From an uncultured virus (IMG/VR IMGVR_UViG_3300007754_000002) (Duplodnaviria; Heunggongvirae; Uroviricota; Caudoviricetes), in IMG/VR virus record IMGVR_UViG_3300007754_000002: a DNA stretch of 36,718 bases, one strand, 5' to 3'. The stretch's first letter is position 1. Each line of letters starts with the position of its first letter. Below are positions 8,706-18,054 of the stretch, in pieces. The notes below the pieces were generated by a model. It saw nothing but the letters and a program-made list of their open reading frames with translations. It ran no database searches and had not been told where the DNA came from. The position numbers and the translations under genes are program-made.

Positions 8706-8960
8706 ATGAACTCTTACTTAATCTGCTCTCAGTGCGGGGCTCGGAGCCCTTCTGTTCGTAGCGAGCCCGGGACTCCTACGGAGAGCATCCTGAACCGGGT
8801 GCGGATCGCGGCTCACCGAGCAGGGTGGGCTTTCGTCAAGTCAACCGGCTCGGAGACGCTCGTTTGCTCCGATCATGTCCTCGGGGCTTCTCAGCCTTCC
8901 GAGGCTGTCTTTATCTCAGGCTCGGGTCGCCCATCGCCGCCCCTCTCCAAACACCACTGA
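8706..8960 (+). CDS. small zinc-finger protein
   Basis: GGAGG RBS, CSQC ... CSDH. Confidence 0.6.
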   Translation: MNSYLICSQCGARSPSVRSEPGTPTESILNRVRIAAHRAGWAFVKSTGSETLVCSDHVLGASQPSEAVFISGSGRPSPPLSKHH

Positions 8961-10422
8961 CGATCCCCAGGTTGGTCAGCTCGACGATCACGGGGTCGCC
9001 CAGCCCGAACGAGAGATACGGGCTCTTCCGGGCGTCATAGACGGTCTCGCCCTCGGGATGACGGGGGTTGAGTCTTGTGTGTTTATCGCCCCTGTAGGTG
9101 ATCACGACCTCATAGCGACTTCGCCGCTTGGTTCGGTCCAGGGTCCCGGACCCAACATCCGGCCAGAAGAGGTCCCGATGGGTGCCCGCGTCAGAAAGTC
9201 CTGAGGAAGAGGTTGACCCGGCGTTCTTCCACACCCAGGTGGTGTAGTCGCAGTAGGACTCTTCCACAGACTCATCGCACTCCCGCTCACACTCCAGGTC
9301 GCACTTGTCGTCGCAGACTTCCTTGGTCCCGCAGACCTCATCGCAGACCTCATCGCAGACCTCGTCGCAAACGACCCCGGATCCCAGGTCTTGACAGGAA
9401 GAGCGATCCGGTCGGCAGGTGCTTCGATCGATCCGGCAAGAGGATTCGTCCACCCGACAGGTAGAGGGATCGCGGACCTGCCGACAGGTAGAGGGATCGG
9501 GCCGGCAATTGACCTCCTGGCAGTTGGCGTCCCGACAATTCTCCCCGCAATCGTTGTCCGTGGGGCAGAGGATAGACTTCCAGTGGTGGTGCCTCAGGTC
9601 GCAGGAGCCAGGGATGATACTGGCTCCTCCTACGCCCCCAGAGCCGTTGACGGGCATGACCGCACGGCGTTCATGAATGTCATCCCGCCACCCGGACTCG
9701 CGGACTTGCGTGAAGGTCTCCCGCGAGACGGTGTGCTCCCACTCCATTGAGGTGACCTCACCGGGATAGTCCGTCGTCTTGAAACCCCACCAGAGGAAGC
9801 AAACCAGCCCAGCTAGCGCGAGCAACCCGCCAAGGATCTTCAACGTCGGCGGCTCTCCCCCTGAGCCGCGAGCGCGTGGGGGATCATTTGGGGGCGGAGG
9901 GTCGCTCTGATGCTTGCGTCGGGATGCTTCCCACCCCGCCCCGCAGGTGGGGCACCCAGCTCCACGATCCGGCGGGTTTTCATGCCCACAGAAGGCACAG
10001 GAGGCCCCCCAGGGCGTCGTAGGGGCCACGGGAGGGGTAGGAGTCGAGTCTCCAGAGAGGGAAGCCCCAGGGGCCTTTGAGGGGCCTTTGAGAGTGGGGG
10101 TGATCTTCTTGAGTTGACCCGGCTCAGGTTTGTAGTCTACGAACTCCCCCGTTCCACCACAGCTCCCGCAACTCGTAGCGGCGCGGCGGTTGGCAGAGCC
10201 GCAGTAGAGACAGAACTTGTCTCTCTGGGAGAGCGTCTGAGCGACCCTTTCGTCCTCGACGGGGGTGGTAGACACCTCTGCGTCATGTAGCTCCCGCCCG
10301 TCCATCGGGTTCCCGCAAGATGGACACCGAGAGTGACGGGTCGCGACTGCGGAACCGCAGGATGTACAGGTAGCGGTCTTCTCGTAGACCAGCTTCCGAC
10401 CCGTCTTCTTCCGACGCCGCAT
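8911..10422 (-). CDS. zinc-ribbon, single-TM protein with Cys-rich repeat ectodomain
   Basis: Several CxxC pairs at the N-terminus, TM ILGGLLALAGLVCFLWWGF, repeats DPSTCR and CDEV. Confidence 0.75.
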   Translation of the reverse strand: MRRRKKTGRKLVYEKTATCTSCGSAVATRHSRCPSCGNPMDGRELHDAEVSTTPVEDERVAQTLSQRDKFCLYCGSANRRAATSCGSCGGTGEFVDYKPEPGQLKKITPTLKGPSKAPGASLSGDSTPTPPVAPTTPWGASCAFCGHENPPDRGAGCPTCGAGWEASRRKHQSDPPPPNDPPRARGSGGEPPTLKILGGLLALAGLVCFLWWGFKTTDYPGEVTSMEWEHTVSRETFTQVRESGWRDDIHERRAVMPVNGSGGVGGASIIPGSCDLRHHHWKSILCPTDNDCGENCRDANCQEVNCRPDPSTCRQVRDPSTCRVDESSCRIDRSTCRPDRSSCQDLGSGVVCDEVCDEVCDEVCGTKEVCDDKCDLECERECDESVEESYCDYTTWVWKNAGSTSSSGLSDAGTHRDLFWPDVGSGTLDRTKRRSRYEVVITYRGDKHTRLNPRHPEGETVYDARKSPYLSFGLGDPVIVELTNLGIVSGVWRGAAMGDPSLR

Positions 10423-10471
10423 AAAGGGCTCCCAGCTATTTCCCTAGCCTGTATACGACCCCTACCCGGAA

Positions 10472-10690
10472 TTACCGGCGACCCCGGTTCCTCCTCCGGG
10501 AAGCCGCAGCCTGCTTCCGCTTCTTCTTCCGGCGAGCTTTGTCCATCGACTTCGGCTTCCTGGTAGTTGCAGGAGGGATGAATCCACCAACCGCGAAAGA
10601 GTCCACGCGAAGCGTCATCTCCTCGTCGGTGGCGTCAGAGGCGCCGTCGTTGGTCCGGATCGTAAGAGACTTAACGTTCCAATCTTCCAA
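10472..10690 (-). CDS. small basic-tailed hypothetical protein
   Basis: Ends KARRKKKRKQAAASRRRNRGRR; start uncertain. Confidence 0.5.
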   Translation of the reverse strand: MEDWNVKSLTIRTNDGASDATDEEMTLRVDSFAVGGFIPPATTRKPKSMDKARRKKKRKQAAASRRRNRGRR

Positions 10691-10715
10691 GGGAGTAGCT
10701 CCGATGAAACCGGAG

Positions 10716-11120
10716 CTACTCTACCTCCCGAACCCAGGGCTTCCCTTCCTTGATCACGGTCTGGATGTACCGCTTGATGGTTGAGGGCTGGAATCCCGGG
10801 CCCTTGGTGATCAGGCGGAAGGGCTCACACCGAGCCTCATCCATGAAGTAGCAGTCCCCCCGACAGGGCTCCCCGTTGATGACCCCGTGTCGATCCCCGA
10901 CGACCGTGAAGAACTTGTCGTAGCGGACCCAATAGGTCTCCCCGGTCGGGCTGCGGATCCGGACACCAAGGTAGCTTCGGCCAACTTCGGGCTCTTGAGT
11001 CGTCGCGGTCTGCCAGGACCACACTTCTCCTTCGGAGAAATGTAGCTTTCGCTTGAAGTGCCGGACTCGGGGGCCAGCCCCCCTCGGGGGCCTGCGGTGA
11101 CTCGGCTTATGGGATCGCAT
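10716..11120 (-). CDS. hypothetical protein
   Basis: ORF in tight minus-strand gene order. Confidence 0.55.
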   Translation of the reverse strand: MRSHKPSHRRPPRGAGPRVRHFKRKLHFSEGEVWSWQTATTQEPEVGRSYLGVRIRSPTGETYWVRYDKFFTVVGDRHGVINGEPCRGDCYFMDEARCEPFRLITKGPGFQPSTIKRYIQTVIKEGKPWVREVE

Positions 11121-11153
11121 GGTAGAGGATACCATCCCACATCAGAAGATCCC

Positions 11154-11954
11154 TTACCAGCGGTCCTGTCGCCCCATGCTCCGGTAGACCAGCCGGGCAT
11201 AGGAGGCGTTGAGTCGGACGAACTTCTGAGCCCATTGAGAGGCGTCCGCCGCTGCGGGGTTCAGGATGCGGGCTCGGCCGCCCGGGGAGACGATGGACCC
11301 GTCCACCGCGACCTCGATGGTCCAGGCGAACTCCTCATCGTTGTGGTGACCCGTCGAGAAATCCTCCGCGAAGGAGATCATCCACTTGTCGCCCACCTGA
11401 ACGACCGGGCTCCCGGTCCACTCCTCGATCCCTTCCGCGGCCTCTTGGAGCACCACGCCCAGGCGAGCCATCGCCTCGGGGGAGGTGTCCACTTCGGTGA
11501 GCCCGGTGAGGGCCTCCGCCCCCTTGATCCCAGCCTCCAGCACGGCGTCCAGCTTCTTCCAGGCCAGGGCTTCCCGCTGGACCTTGAACATGGGCTTCCG
11601 CCCCTTGACGTGGTTGGCGAACACCTTCCACTGGCGGTAGTCGTCGAACGCGGAGTGCCAGAACACCGCGGACCACTGAGCCCGACCCCGAGATCCACGA
11701 GCGGGGGAGGCCGAGATCGTCAGGCTCACGACAGCCTTGGGGCCGAACTGCGGGACCTTGATGAGGACCCTGTTCGTCATCTGGGGGTTGGCGATGGTGG
11801 AGACGCTCGCCCACCCGGAGATCTGCACCTCGTCCGCACCGAGGGCGTAGGCCAGCCGCTCCCCGTACTCCCGTAGCCGCTCGGTCCACTTGTCCAGGTC
11901 AGTCGTCTGACCCAGGTTGTACAAGCTCGGGTCAGCCGGGATTCCGCTCTGCAT
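11154..11954 (-). CDS. hypothetical protein
   Basis: 266-aa ORF, AGGAG RBS, GC-rich third positions, promoter at 11978-12004. Confidence 0.75.
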   Translation of the reverse strand: MQSGIPADPSLYNLGQTTDLDKWTERLREYGERLAYALGADEVQISGWASVSTIANPQMTNRVLIKVPQFGPKAVVSLTISASPARGSRGRAQWSAVFWHSAFDDYRQWKVFANHVKGRKPMFKVQREALAWKKLDAVLEAGIKGAEALTGLTEVDTSPEAMARLGVVLQEAAEGIEEWTGSPVVQVGDKWMISFAEDFSTGHHNDEEFAWTIEVAVDGSIVSPGGRARILNPAAADASQWAQKFVRLNASYARLVYRSMGRQDRW

Positions 11955-11977
11955 GATCGCTCCTGTTCTTGAACGTG

Positions 11978-12004
11978 TATACGAGCGGACCCGGAAAAGT
12001 TACC
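11978..12004 (-). promoter_or_regulatory. phage promoter-like motif (GGTAAC-N15-CGTATA)
   Basis: Exact consensus copy. Confidence 0.7.
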
Positions 12005-12017
12005 CTACTTTTCTCGA

Positions 12018-12590
12018 TTACGAGCGGTAGCCGTAGGCTTCCATCTCGCCAACGCGGCGGCCCAGCTCGGTCTCCAGGGCTCGGAGACAGCGGCGGTACT
12101 TCCGAGCCCGCCGGGCGGTTTGCGTGGCAGTCAGCTCGCCGTCACAGGACAGGTTCTCGGGGCTGAGCGATGAGTACATCTGCCGGATCGATCCCATGAT
12201 CTCCTCTTCGGAGCGGGGCGGACAGGGCTGGGCGTCCGCGTAGGGAGCCAGCTTGGTCCGCCCCGTAGCGAGCAGCACCTCATAGAAGCCGCCGACCGCC
12301 TTCACGACCACGCCGGAGATCAGCTCCTCTCGGCTCCGCCCGTAGTTGTACGCGGGGACCTTGATCGCCTGACCCACTCGATACTTGGGAGTCTCCTCCG
12401 AGACCCCTTCCGGGCGGAGGAGACTGAAGGGGACGTTCCACACCCCGGCGGTCGTCCGGCTCCCTCGGGGGGAGTCCACCTGCACCTTCGCGCGGGTGCG
12501 GTTCACCTTGGTCACCGTCCCGGTGCTCTGCTGACCCCGGTCCCGACCGAATACTACTCGCATCCCGACCTTGACTTCGCTCTTCTGCAT
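12018..12590 (-). CDS. hypothetical protein with SH3/KOW-like beta domains
   Basis: VKVGMRVVFG...GTVTKVNRTRAKVQV...WNVPFSLL; start MQKSEV after AGGAG. Confidence 0.7.
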   Translation of the reverse strand: MQKSEVKVGMRVVFGRDRGQQSTGTVTKVNRTRAKVQVDSPRGSRTTAGVWNVPFSLLRPEGVSEETPKYRVGQAIKVPAYNYGRSREELISGVVVKAVGGFYEVLLATGRTKLAPYADAQPCPPRSEEEIMGSIRQMYSSLSPENLSCDGELTATQTARRARKYRRCLRALETELGRRVGEMEAYGYRS

Positions 12591-12609
12591 GATCCTTCTC
12601 CTGACCATG

Positions 12610-12636
12610 TATACGAGCGACCCCTGGAAAGTTACC
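12610..12636 (-). promoter_or_regulatory. phage promoter-like motif (GGTAAC-N15-CGTATA)
   Basis: Exact consensus copy. Confidence 0.7.
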
Positions 12637-13252
12637 TTTCCTTTTTTCGATATTGGAGGACTCCTCGGACTCGGATACGAGCGGGGTTGTTGTACAGCGA
12701 GGGAGTCAGGAGATCCCTGAATGCCGGACACCGGTACCGTTTGGAGGACCCGACCAGAGACCGGGCCCTCACCACAGCGGCACCCTCCCAGGTCCGCTGT
12801 GCCCCGTGCTTCTGAGTCTCACTGAGACAGGCCGCCGTCGCCAGAGTATCGATCTCCCCGTCCTTGGTCAGGACCACGTAGGGGCTCCCCGCCTGATGGT
12901 CCAGAAACTCCGCGATCTCCTCCTTCGTGCTGGGGAGAGGGCTCTCCGGGGGAGGCGGCTCCTCCTGTCCGCTGAGAATGAAGAGAGCCCGAGGGACGGT
13001 CATCACGTCAGGCTTCCGCTCCTTCAGTTCGACCACGAACGGCTGCTTAGGAGGCTCCGAAGCAGCCGTCAGAACGTTCTGAACCAGCCGACGAGACCGG
13101 GCCCGGCCGACTCCTACGCTGATCAGATCCTCGACCGTGATGTAGGGGAGGTCTTCCGGGGTGAGGTCTTCTCCGTTCCTCTCGTTGAGAGAGACCACCT
13201 GCTCCTGGGTGAGGCCGGCAGAGACGAGCGCGGTCGAGACAGCGGTGACCAT
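12632..13252 (-). CDS. hypothetical protein (SAM-like helical N-terminus)
   Basis: Start trimmed to MVTAVST; LPYITVEDLISVGV resembles a sterile-alpha-motif helix pattern. Confidence 0.55.
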   Translation of the reverse strand: MVTAVSTALVSAGLTQEQVVSLNERNGEDLTPEDLPYITVEDLISVGVGRARSRRLVQNVLTAASEPPKQPFVVELKERKPDVMTVPRALFILSGQEEPPPPESPLPSTKEEIAEFLDHQAGSPYVVLTKDGEIDTLATAACLSETQKHGAQRTWEGAAVVRARSLVGSSKRYRCPAFRDLLTPSLYNNPARIRVRGVLQYRKKER

Positions 13253-13256
13253 TGTC

Positions 13257-13790
13257 CTATACCTTTTGGAAGTCTGGACCTTCCAGTACGTTGATGAGCG
13301 AGCGAATCGCCTGGAGGGCGACGAGATCCTGCATGTCTGTCCGAGAAATCTCGGCTGTGGGCGCGGTGACCTGGAATGTGGAGGCGTGCCCGTTGATGCT
13401 GATCGCGATCCAGGCGGTCGGCTTGGGGACACCGGGAGCAGCTTCGGCGTAGCCCGTCGTCGCGAGGGAGACTTGAGACCTGTTTCTCCGAGCCGCCCCG
13501 GCCGCCATCTCCGCCGCCACCCGAGGCGAGACGCAATCACAGCCTCGGGCGTGGGCTCGATCGATCCTCAGCTTGTCCACCTTCCGGTCCAGATTGTACG
13601 CCACGTCCCCGCCCTGAAGCCAGCGAGAGGCCCCGCTGGTCATGCTGATGACATGACACACCCGCCCACCCGTGAGGCTCTCCGCGGTCGCGATCGTCCA
13701 CCCCTGAGCGAGGAGGATCTTCCCCAGCCGGGCCGAGAGATCTTTGGCCTCCAGATGACGAGAGACCAGATGAAGGCAGCGTCGGATCAT
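13257..13790 (-). CDS. pncC: CinA C-terminal domain / NMN deamidase (PncC family)
   Basis: TIATAESLTGG, SGAS, VAYN..K, VSPRVAAEMAAG, ATTGYA; ATGA-coupled to the upstream gene. Confidence 0.8.
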   Translation of the reverse strand: MIRRCLHLVSRHLEAKDLSARLGKILLAQGWTIATAESLTGGRVCHVISMTSGASRWLQGGDVAYNLDRKVDKLRIDRAHARGCDCVSPRVAAEMAAGAARRNRSQVSLATTGYAEAAPGVPKPTAWIAISINGHASTFQVTAPTAEISRTDMQDLVALQAIRSLINVLEGPDFQKV

Positions 13791-15280
13791 GGGGGTGGTG
13801 TCCGGAAGGCCCCGAACCCAGAGAACTTCTGCCTGAAGAGAGAATCGGCTTCCGTTAGCGGAATCTCCGAACCCAGAGGATCCCACTTGTGAGGATCGTG
13901 GATATGATCCCACCCCAGCAACCCCTGAGTCATCCATTCGGGGATGCACTGCTTCCCAAGACGAATCGCCGCGATACAGCCAGCCATCGCGCAGACGGTG
14001 TCGGTGTCTCCGCCGCTAGCAGCGGCGGAAAACAGGGCGTCTTCGTAGGACGCCGCTTGATGACCGCACTGGATCGCCCAGGGGACCCCCGTGAGGGCGA
14101 AGCCGTCCGCGGCACACCGGAGCTGCTTGTTGGAGCCATTCCGCATGGCCCACCTGACGAGGCGGTCTTCCCCCTTCTTGAGAACCCGGAAGGCTTCCAG
14201 GCTCAGATTCCACGCCTCCGCCAGCGGCGGAGGAATCTCACCCCAATCCGCAGGCGTCACGGAGGCGTCGGGGTGGCTTTCTTTCCAGCACACCATCGCG
14301 AAGAGGATCGTCCCTGCCAGGGAAAGAGGACTGGACGTTGTCCCTCGGGACACCTGATGTATCCAGGGGAGGATCTCCGCTGGATCCTCCAACATCGTCG
14401 CGACCGGACCCACTCTCATAGGAGCCCCCAGCCCCGCGGTGGGTACCGCCCGGCCAGTCATCACCGCTTTGCGGAAGTTCCCGCCCGTCCCCCGATGAAC
14501 ACCGAAGCTGTTGTATGGAATCTCTTCCTGCTGGAGAATCCGGCACCACTCCATGAACTTCCCTCGGATGAAGGACCCTGGTGCGGTGGGGAACTCAGAT
14601 CGCAGGAACATCAGCAGGAGGGCTTGCTGAGTGTCGTCGGTATACACCCCAGGCTTCCGCCAGTAGGCGGGGTTGGGCTGGCCTACGTCTTCCCTGGAGC
14701 AGACATAACGCTGCTCAGCGAGAGACAGCTCAGCCATCTCCCGGGCGTTGGGCTGAAACTCGAAAGGAGCCCCATAGGCATCGCCACAGGCTTGCCCCGC
14801 GATGGCGGCCAGGGTGCTCTCCGTGTACGACACTTGATTCTCCTGGAGGACGGAACGAACCCTCATCAGGACTTGGCCTAGCAAGTCCCTGCCGTGAGGG
14901 AAATTCGGGCCTCCCCCCCACCAGGGGTCCCTGGAATTCTCATGCAGCGGACGAGCCCCGGTCCCGAGCAAGACCGCTCGGAGATGGACGTTCTGCTCAA
15001 ACTTCGCCAGGACCGCCCTCTCCATGAAGACGACCTTCAACCGATCCCAATTTGCCCGAAGGGCGACACTACGACCCAGCCGCTTCACCCGAGCTGGGGA
15101 AGCGACTCTCTGGATTCTGACGTGAAAGGTCGGATCCGTGGACTTCATCGCCACGTAGTAGTGCTCTACCGTGGGCCACTCTCGCCCTTCCAGGACGAAG
15201 GGCGAGGGGAAGAAGTTGCTGAACTCTCCCCAGGGGTTTCTCGCCCCATAGAAGAGTACAGGTTGGTCCATGCTGTCCAT
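13787..15280 (-). CDS. NADAR (YbiA/DUF1768) - ADP-ribosylglycohydrolase fusion
   Basis: N-terminal FSNF...WPTVEHYY.AMK...KFEQN..LR..LLGTG...D..WG; C-terminal GDAYGAPFEF, YTDDTQ, GGDTDT. Confidence 0.9.
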   Translation of the reverse strand: MDSMDQPVLFYGARNPWGEFSNFFPSPFVLEGREWPTVEHYYVAMKSTDPTFHVRIQRVASPARVKRLGRSVALRANWDRLKVVFMERAVLAKFEQNVHLRAVLLGTGARPLHENSRDPWWGGGPNFPHGRDLLGQVLMRVRSVLQENQVSYTESTLAAIAGQACGDAYGAPFEFQPNAREMAELSLAEQRYVCSREDVGQPNPAYWRKPGVYTDDTQQALLLMFLRSEFPTAPGSFIRGKFMEWCRILQQEEIPYNSFGVHRGTGGNFRKAVMTGRAVPTAGLGAPMRVGPVATMLEDPAEILPWIHQVSRGTTSSPLSLAGTILFAMVCWKESHPDASVTPADWGEIPPPLAEAWNLSLEAFRVLKKGEDRLVRWAMRNGSNKQLRCAADGFALTGVPWAIQCGHQAASYEDALFSAAASGGDTDTVCAMAGCIAAIRLGKQCIPEWMTQGLLGWDHIHDPHKWDPLGSEIPLTEADSLFRQKFSGFGAFRTPPP

Positions 15281-15288
15281 CGGACCTT

Positions 15289-15315
15289 TATACGAGCGGC
15301 CCGGAGAAAATCACC
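15289..15315 (-). promoter_or_regulatory. phage promoter-like motif (GGTGAT-N15-CGTATA), leaderless start
   Basis: CGTATA 8 nt upstream of ATG 15280. Confidence 0.6.
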
Positions 15316-15320
15316 CGGAA

Positions 15321-15614
15321 TCAGCTATCGACCACCGCCAGGATATCGGTCTCCCGGATGATGAGGTGCTCCTCGCCGTCAAGACGAATCTCGTCCCCAG
15401 ACCACTTGCCGATCAAGACCGTCATCCCCTCTTCGACCTTCAGGGGGACCAGGGACCCGTCATCTCGCAGGCTACCGTTGCCGACAGCGACGATGAGGGC
15501 GAGATTGGACTTCTCCTGAGCCTGAGTCGGGATGATCAGGCCGCCACTGGAGACCGTCTCCGCGTCCTTCCGCTTGATGAGGACGCGGTCATAGAGGGGA
15601 CGAATCGTGGGCAT
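15321..15614 (-). CDS. groES: co-chaperonin GroES
   Basis: IRPLYDRVLIKR, SGGLIIP, AVGNG, IRETDILAV. Confidence 0.95.
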   Translation of the reverse strand: MPTIRPLYDRVLIKRKDAETVSSGGLIIPTQAQEKSNLALIVAVGNGSLRDDGSLVPLKVEEGMTVLIGKWSGDEIRLDGEEHLIIRETDILAVVDS

Positions 15615-15651
15615 GGGTGCTCTCCGAGAGGGTACGGGAGCACCCTACCCG

Positions 15652-15864
15652 TCAGGTCCCGTGAGCCTCTCTACCTGAGAGACCCAGGGCTGGGAGTTGA
15701 CCCGAGCCCTTCACCGCTTTTCGGGGCTGCTTCTTCTCCGTGAGATGATCCTCGCAAGATTTCTGGACCTTGCGGGACTCCTCCGGCGCCTTGTTCTTGG
15801 CGGCATCAGCGAGGCTATAGAGAGCGGCCCACATTTCCGTGGTGTCGAGGATCTCGGGTTTCAC
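15652..15864 (-). CDS. small hypothetical protein
   Basis: 70 aa, coupled to the upstream stop. Confidence 0.5.
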   Translation of the reverse strand: MKPEILDTTEMWAALYSLADAAKNKAPEESRKVQKSCEDHLTEKKQPRKAVKGSGQLPALGLSGREAHGT

Positions 15865-16514
15865 TGGAACTCCAGATTTAGGTAACGGCGAAGGATCTCA
15901 AGAACCACCCCCATCTTTACCAGAAACCAGATGAGCCCCACGGTCATATCCTTGACAGCTCGCCCTATCTTCTCCCGCTCCTTGTCGTCTCCCAACCTTC
16001 TGAGCAAATCGCTATAGATTGGCGGGGAGGGTCGGAGGTGTTCAGCTATCTCCTGAAGAAGGATAGACTGAGCCTGGAGGACTCGGAGGGTCCCTCTCTG
16101 CATGACCGCGGCTTGGTCGCTTTCCAGCTCTCGGAGATGCCTCTCGTGAGCCTCCCAGATAGTCTCGATGAGTCGGTCGGGCCCCTGAATGTCATGCTTG
16201 AACACAACCGCGGCGGCCCCCTCGCGGATAAGCTGACGCCGACCGAATCGGTCCTTCAACCCCGTCACCGCGATGATCGGGCTGCTCGCCGCTGTCCTCG
16301 CTCGCGTGAGAGGAACCAAGGGGTCGTGGGGTGGGATGTTCATGTCCAGCAACACGGCTAGCCATTCCTCTCGGAGAGCCCCGTTGGCCTCCTCTAAGGA
16401 GTAAAACGCCTCTACTCCAATCCCGGAGCCGTCCAATAGATCCCTGATCTCTTCAACGAAGACCTCGCTGTCGTCAATCAGGAGAACCTTTGGGATTTCG
16501 CCTGCCTCGCTCAT
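15861..16514 (-). CDS. response regulator receiver protein with hydrophobic C-terminal helix
   Basis: VLLIDDS, VLLDMNIP, IAVTG, GA..VVFK; C-terminal VGLIWFLVKMGVVLEIL. Confidence 0.85.
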   Translation of the reverse strand: MSEAGEIPKVLLIDDSEVFVEEIRDLLDGSGIGVEAFYSLEEANGALREEWLAVLLDMNIPPHDPLVPLTRARTAASSPIIAVTGLKDRFGRRQLIREGAAAVVFKHDIQGPDRLIETIWEAHERHLRELESDQAAVMQRGTLRVLQAQSILLQEIAEHLRPSPPIYSDLLRRLGDDKEREKIGRAVKDMTVGLIWFLVKMGVVLEILRRYLNLEFQ

Positions 16515-17551
16515 TCCCCTCTCCTAAGTGTGAAAAAAACGGTTGAGCCTGATTGCCCATCGCTCTCCATCCACAGCTTGCTCCGGTGCCGCTCCATGAT
16601 CCGGCGACATGTTGCCAGCCCAAGCCCACTACCAGGAATGTCGTCGTAACGATGGAGTCTCTTGGACGGGTCGAAGATGGAACCCAAATGCTTCTCTTGG
16701 ACTCCCATCCCGTTGTCCCGAACCCAGACAACCAGGAGGCTGTCTTCCACACGGGAGCCTACCTCCACCATCAGCTCCCGATGTGGGTGCTGATACTTCA
16801 CGGCGTTGTCGAACAAATTCCGCAGAACCGTGTGGAGCCCTGCCCGATGACCCCAGGCAAAGGTTTCCTCAAAAGCCAGGGTAGGGACGGGGATGCCGGA
16901 CACCTGCTTTTGAACAAACATCGTCAAGTCTCTCAGGGAAAGGCGGTCTTCTCCCCCCTCGGGAGCTGAGATATACTCGACAAAGTCCGAGGCGACTGTT
17001 TCCAGCTTACTAAGCCCACGATGCAAGAACCGCAGCCATCTCTCCCCCCGGGCATCCCACGGCTTCGGGTCTTTTCCCAGATAGGGCTTCACCTTCTGGA
17101 AAGCCGTCCGGCTTTCCCGGATTGGGTTCAACAGGTCGTGAGAGGCAGCAGCCCCAAACCACTCCACATCCTTTGCCCGACTCAAGGCATCCGTGACGTC
17201 GAGGTACGCCAGGGCGATGTGCTCTTCCGAAACCTTGAACACTTCGCACTGGTAGGTCCGGGGAAGCATTTGATCAGCAGTCCAGGTGTACTGGAAGTGA
17301 TGGGGTTGTCCGTTCCTTAAAACTTCCTGGTATACACGAAGGAGACCTTCGGGACCCATAAGGGAGGGCCAGGAGTCTCGCGCCGGGCTCCCTACCACTG
17401 CGGCAGCGTCGATCCCCCATTGCTCCTTTAGTTGATCCTGACAACCCTGGTTGGCTTGCAGCAGATAGGAAGCCCCCTCATCCGTAGGGTGGATAAACCA
17501 CACCGCGATAGGGACCGAGCATTGCTCGAAAAGTTGGCGGTAGTCAATCAC
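16511..17551 (-). CDS. PAS-domain sensor histidine kinase
   Basis: N-terminal PAS-like region; H-box ASHDLLNP, N-box NLFDNAVKY, DNGMG, GSGLGLA. Confidence 0.9.
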   Translation of the reverse strand: MIDYRQLFEQCSVPIAVWFIHPTDEGASYLLQANQGCQDQLKEQWGIDAAAVVGSPARDSWPSLMGPEGLLRVYQEVLRNGQPHHFQYTWTADQMLPRTYQCEVFKVSEEHIALAYLDVTDALSRAKDVEWFGAAASHDLLNPIRESRTAFQKVKPYLGKDPKPWDARGERWLRFLHRGLSKLETVASDFVEYISAPEGGEDRLSLRDLTMFVQKQVSGIPVPTLAFEETFAWGHRAGLHTVLRNLFDNAVKYQHPHRELMVEVGSRVEDSLLVVWVRDNGMGVQEKHLGSIFDPSKRLHRYDDIPGSGLGLATCRRIMERHRSKLWMESDGQSGSTVFFTLRRGE

Positions 17552-17999
17552 CGCACGCCTTAGGGTTCTGGAGCCCTTGCTTGCAAGTGCAGACGAGCGC
17601 ACTCCCCAAATCTCCGAGTACCGAGACCAGATCTTCGTATCGAACCGGCTTCTGGATGTATCGGCTGATTGGGTACTCAGAGACCCGTTCCCGCTCCACC
17701 CGGGCGGGGCTCGTCGTCATCACGACCACCTTGATCCGGTGAGCGAGGAGGCTTTGAGCCCAGATGCTCAAAAACTCGACGCCATCCATGACCGGCATGA
17801 ACAGATCCAGGAGAATCAAATCGGGGAGCGGGTTCTGGCAATTTCTCAGGTAATCCAGGGCTTCCTGCCCGTCGCGACACCACGCCAGATCAAGACTCAC
17901 CCCAGCATCCTCAAACCCCTCCTCAACAGCCACATGGAAGCTCTCTTCATCTTCCACATGAAGGATCCGAGCGGGTCTAGCGACTACGAGACTCATCAC
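17544..17999 (-). CDS. single-domain CheY/Rcp1-like response regulator
   Basis: ILHVEDE, DGQEALDYL, PDLILLDLFMPVMDG, VMTTS, YIQKP. Confidence 0.9.
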   Translation of the reverse strand: MMSLVVARPARILHVEDEESFHVAVEEGFEDAGVSLDLAWCRDGQEALDYLRNCQNPLPDLILLDLFMPVMDGVEFLSIWAQSLLAHRIKVVVMTTSPARVERERVSEYPISRYIQKPVRYEDLVSVLGDLGSALVCTCKQGLQNPKACGD

Positions 18000-18054
18000 C
18001 CCACAGGAGGCATAGCCAATCTATTGCGACCTAATTGATCTTGCGGTGTCAACT

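Noticed and set aside
9316..9500. Short tandem DNA repeats as a CRISPR array or VNTR
   Set aside because: The 12- and 21-bp units are in-frame coding repeats (CDEV, DPSTCR) with no unique spacers; no CRISPR array was seen in the window.
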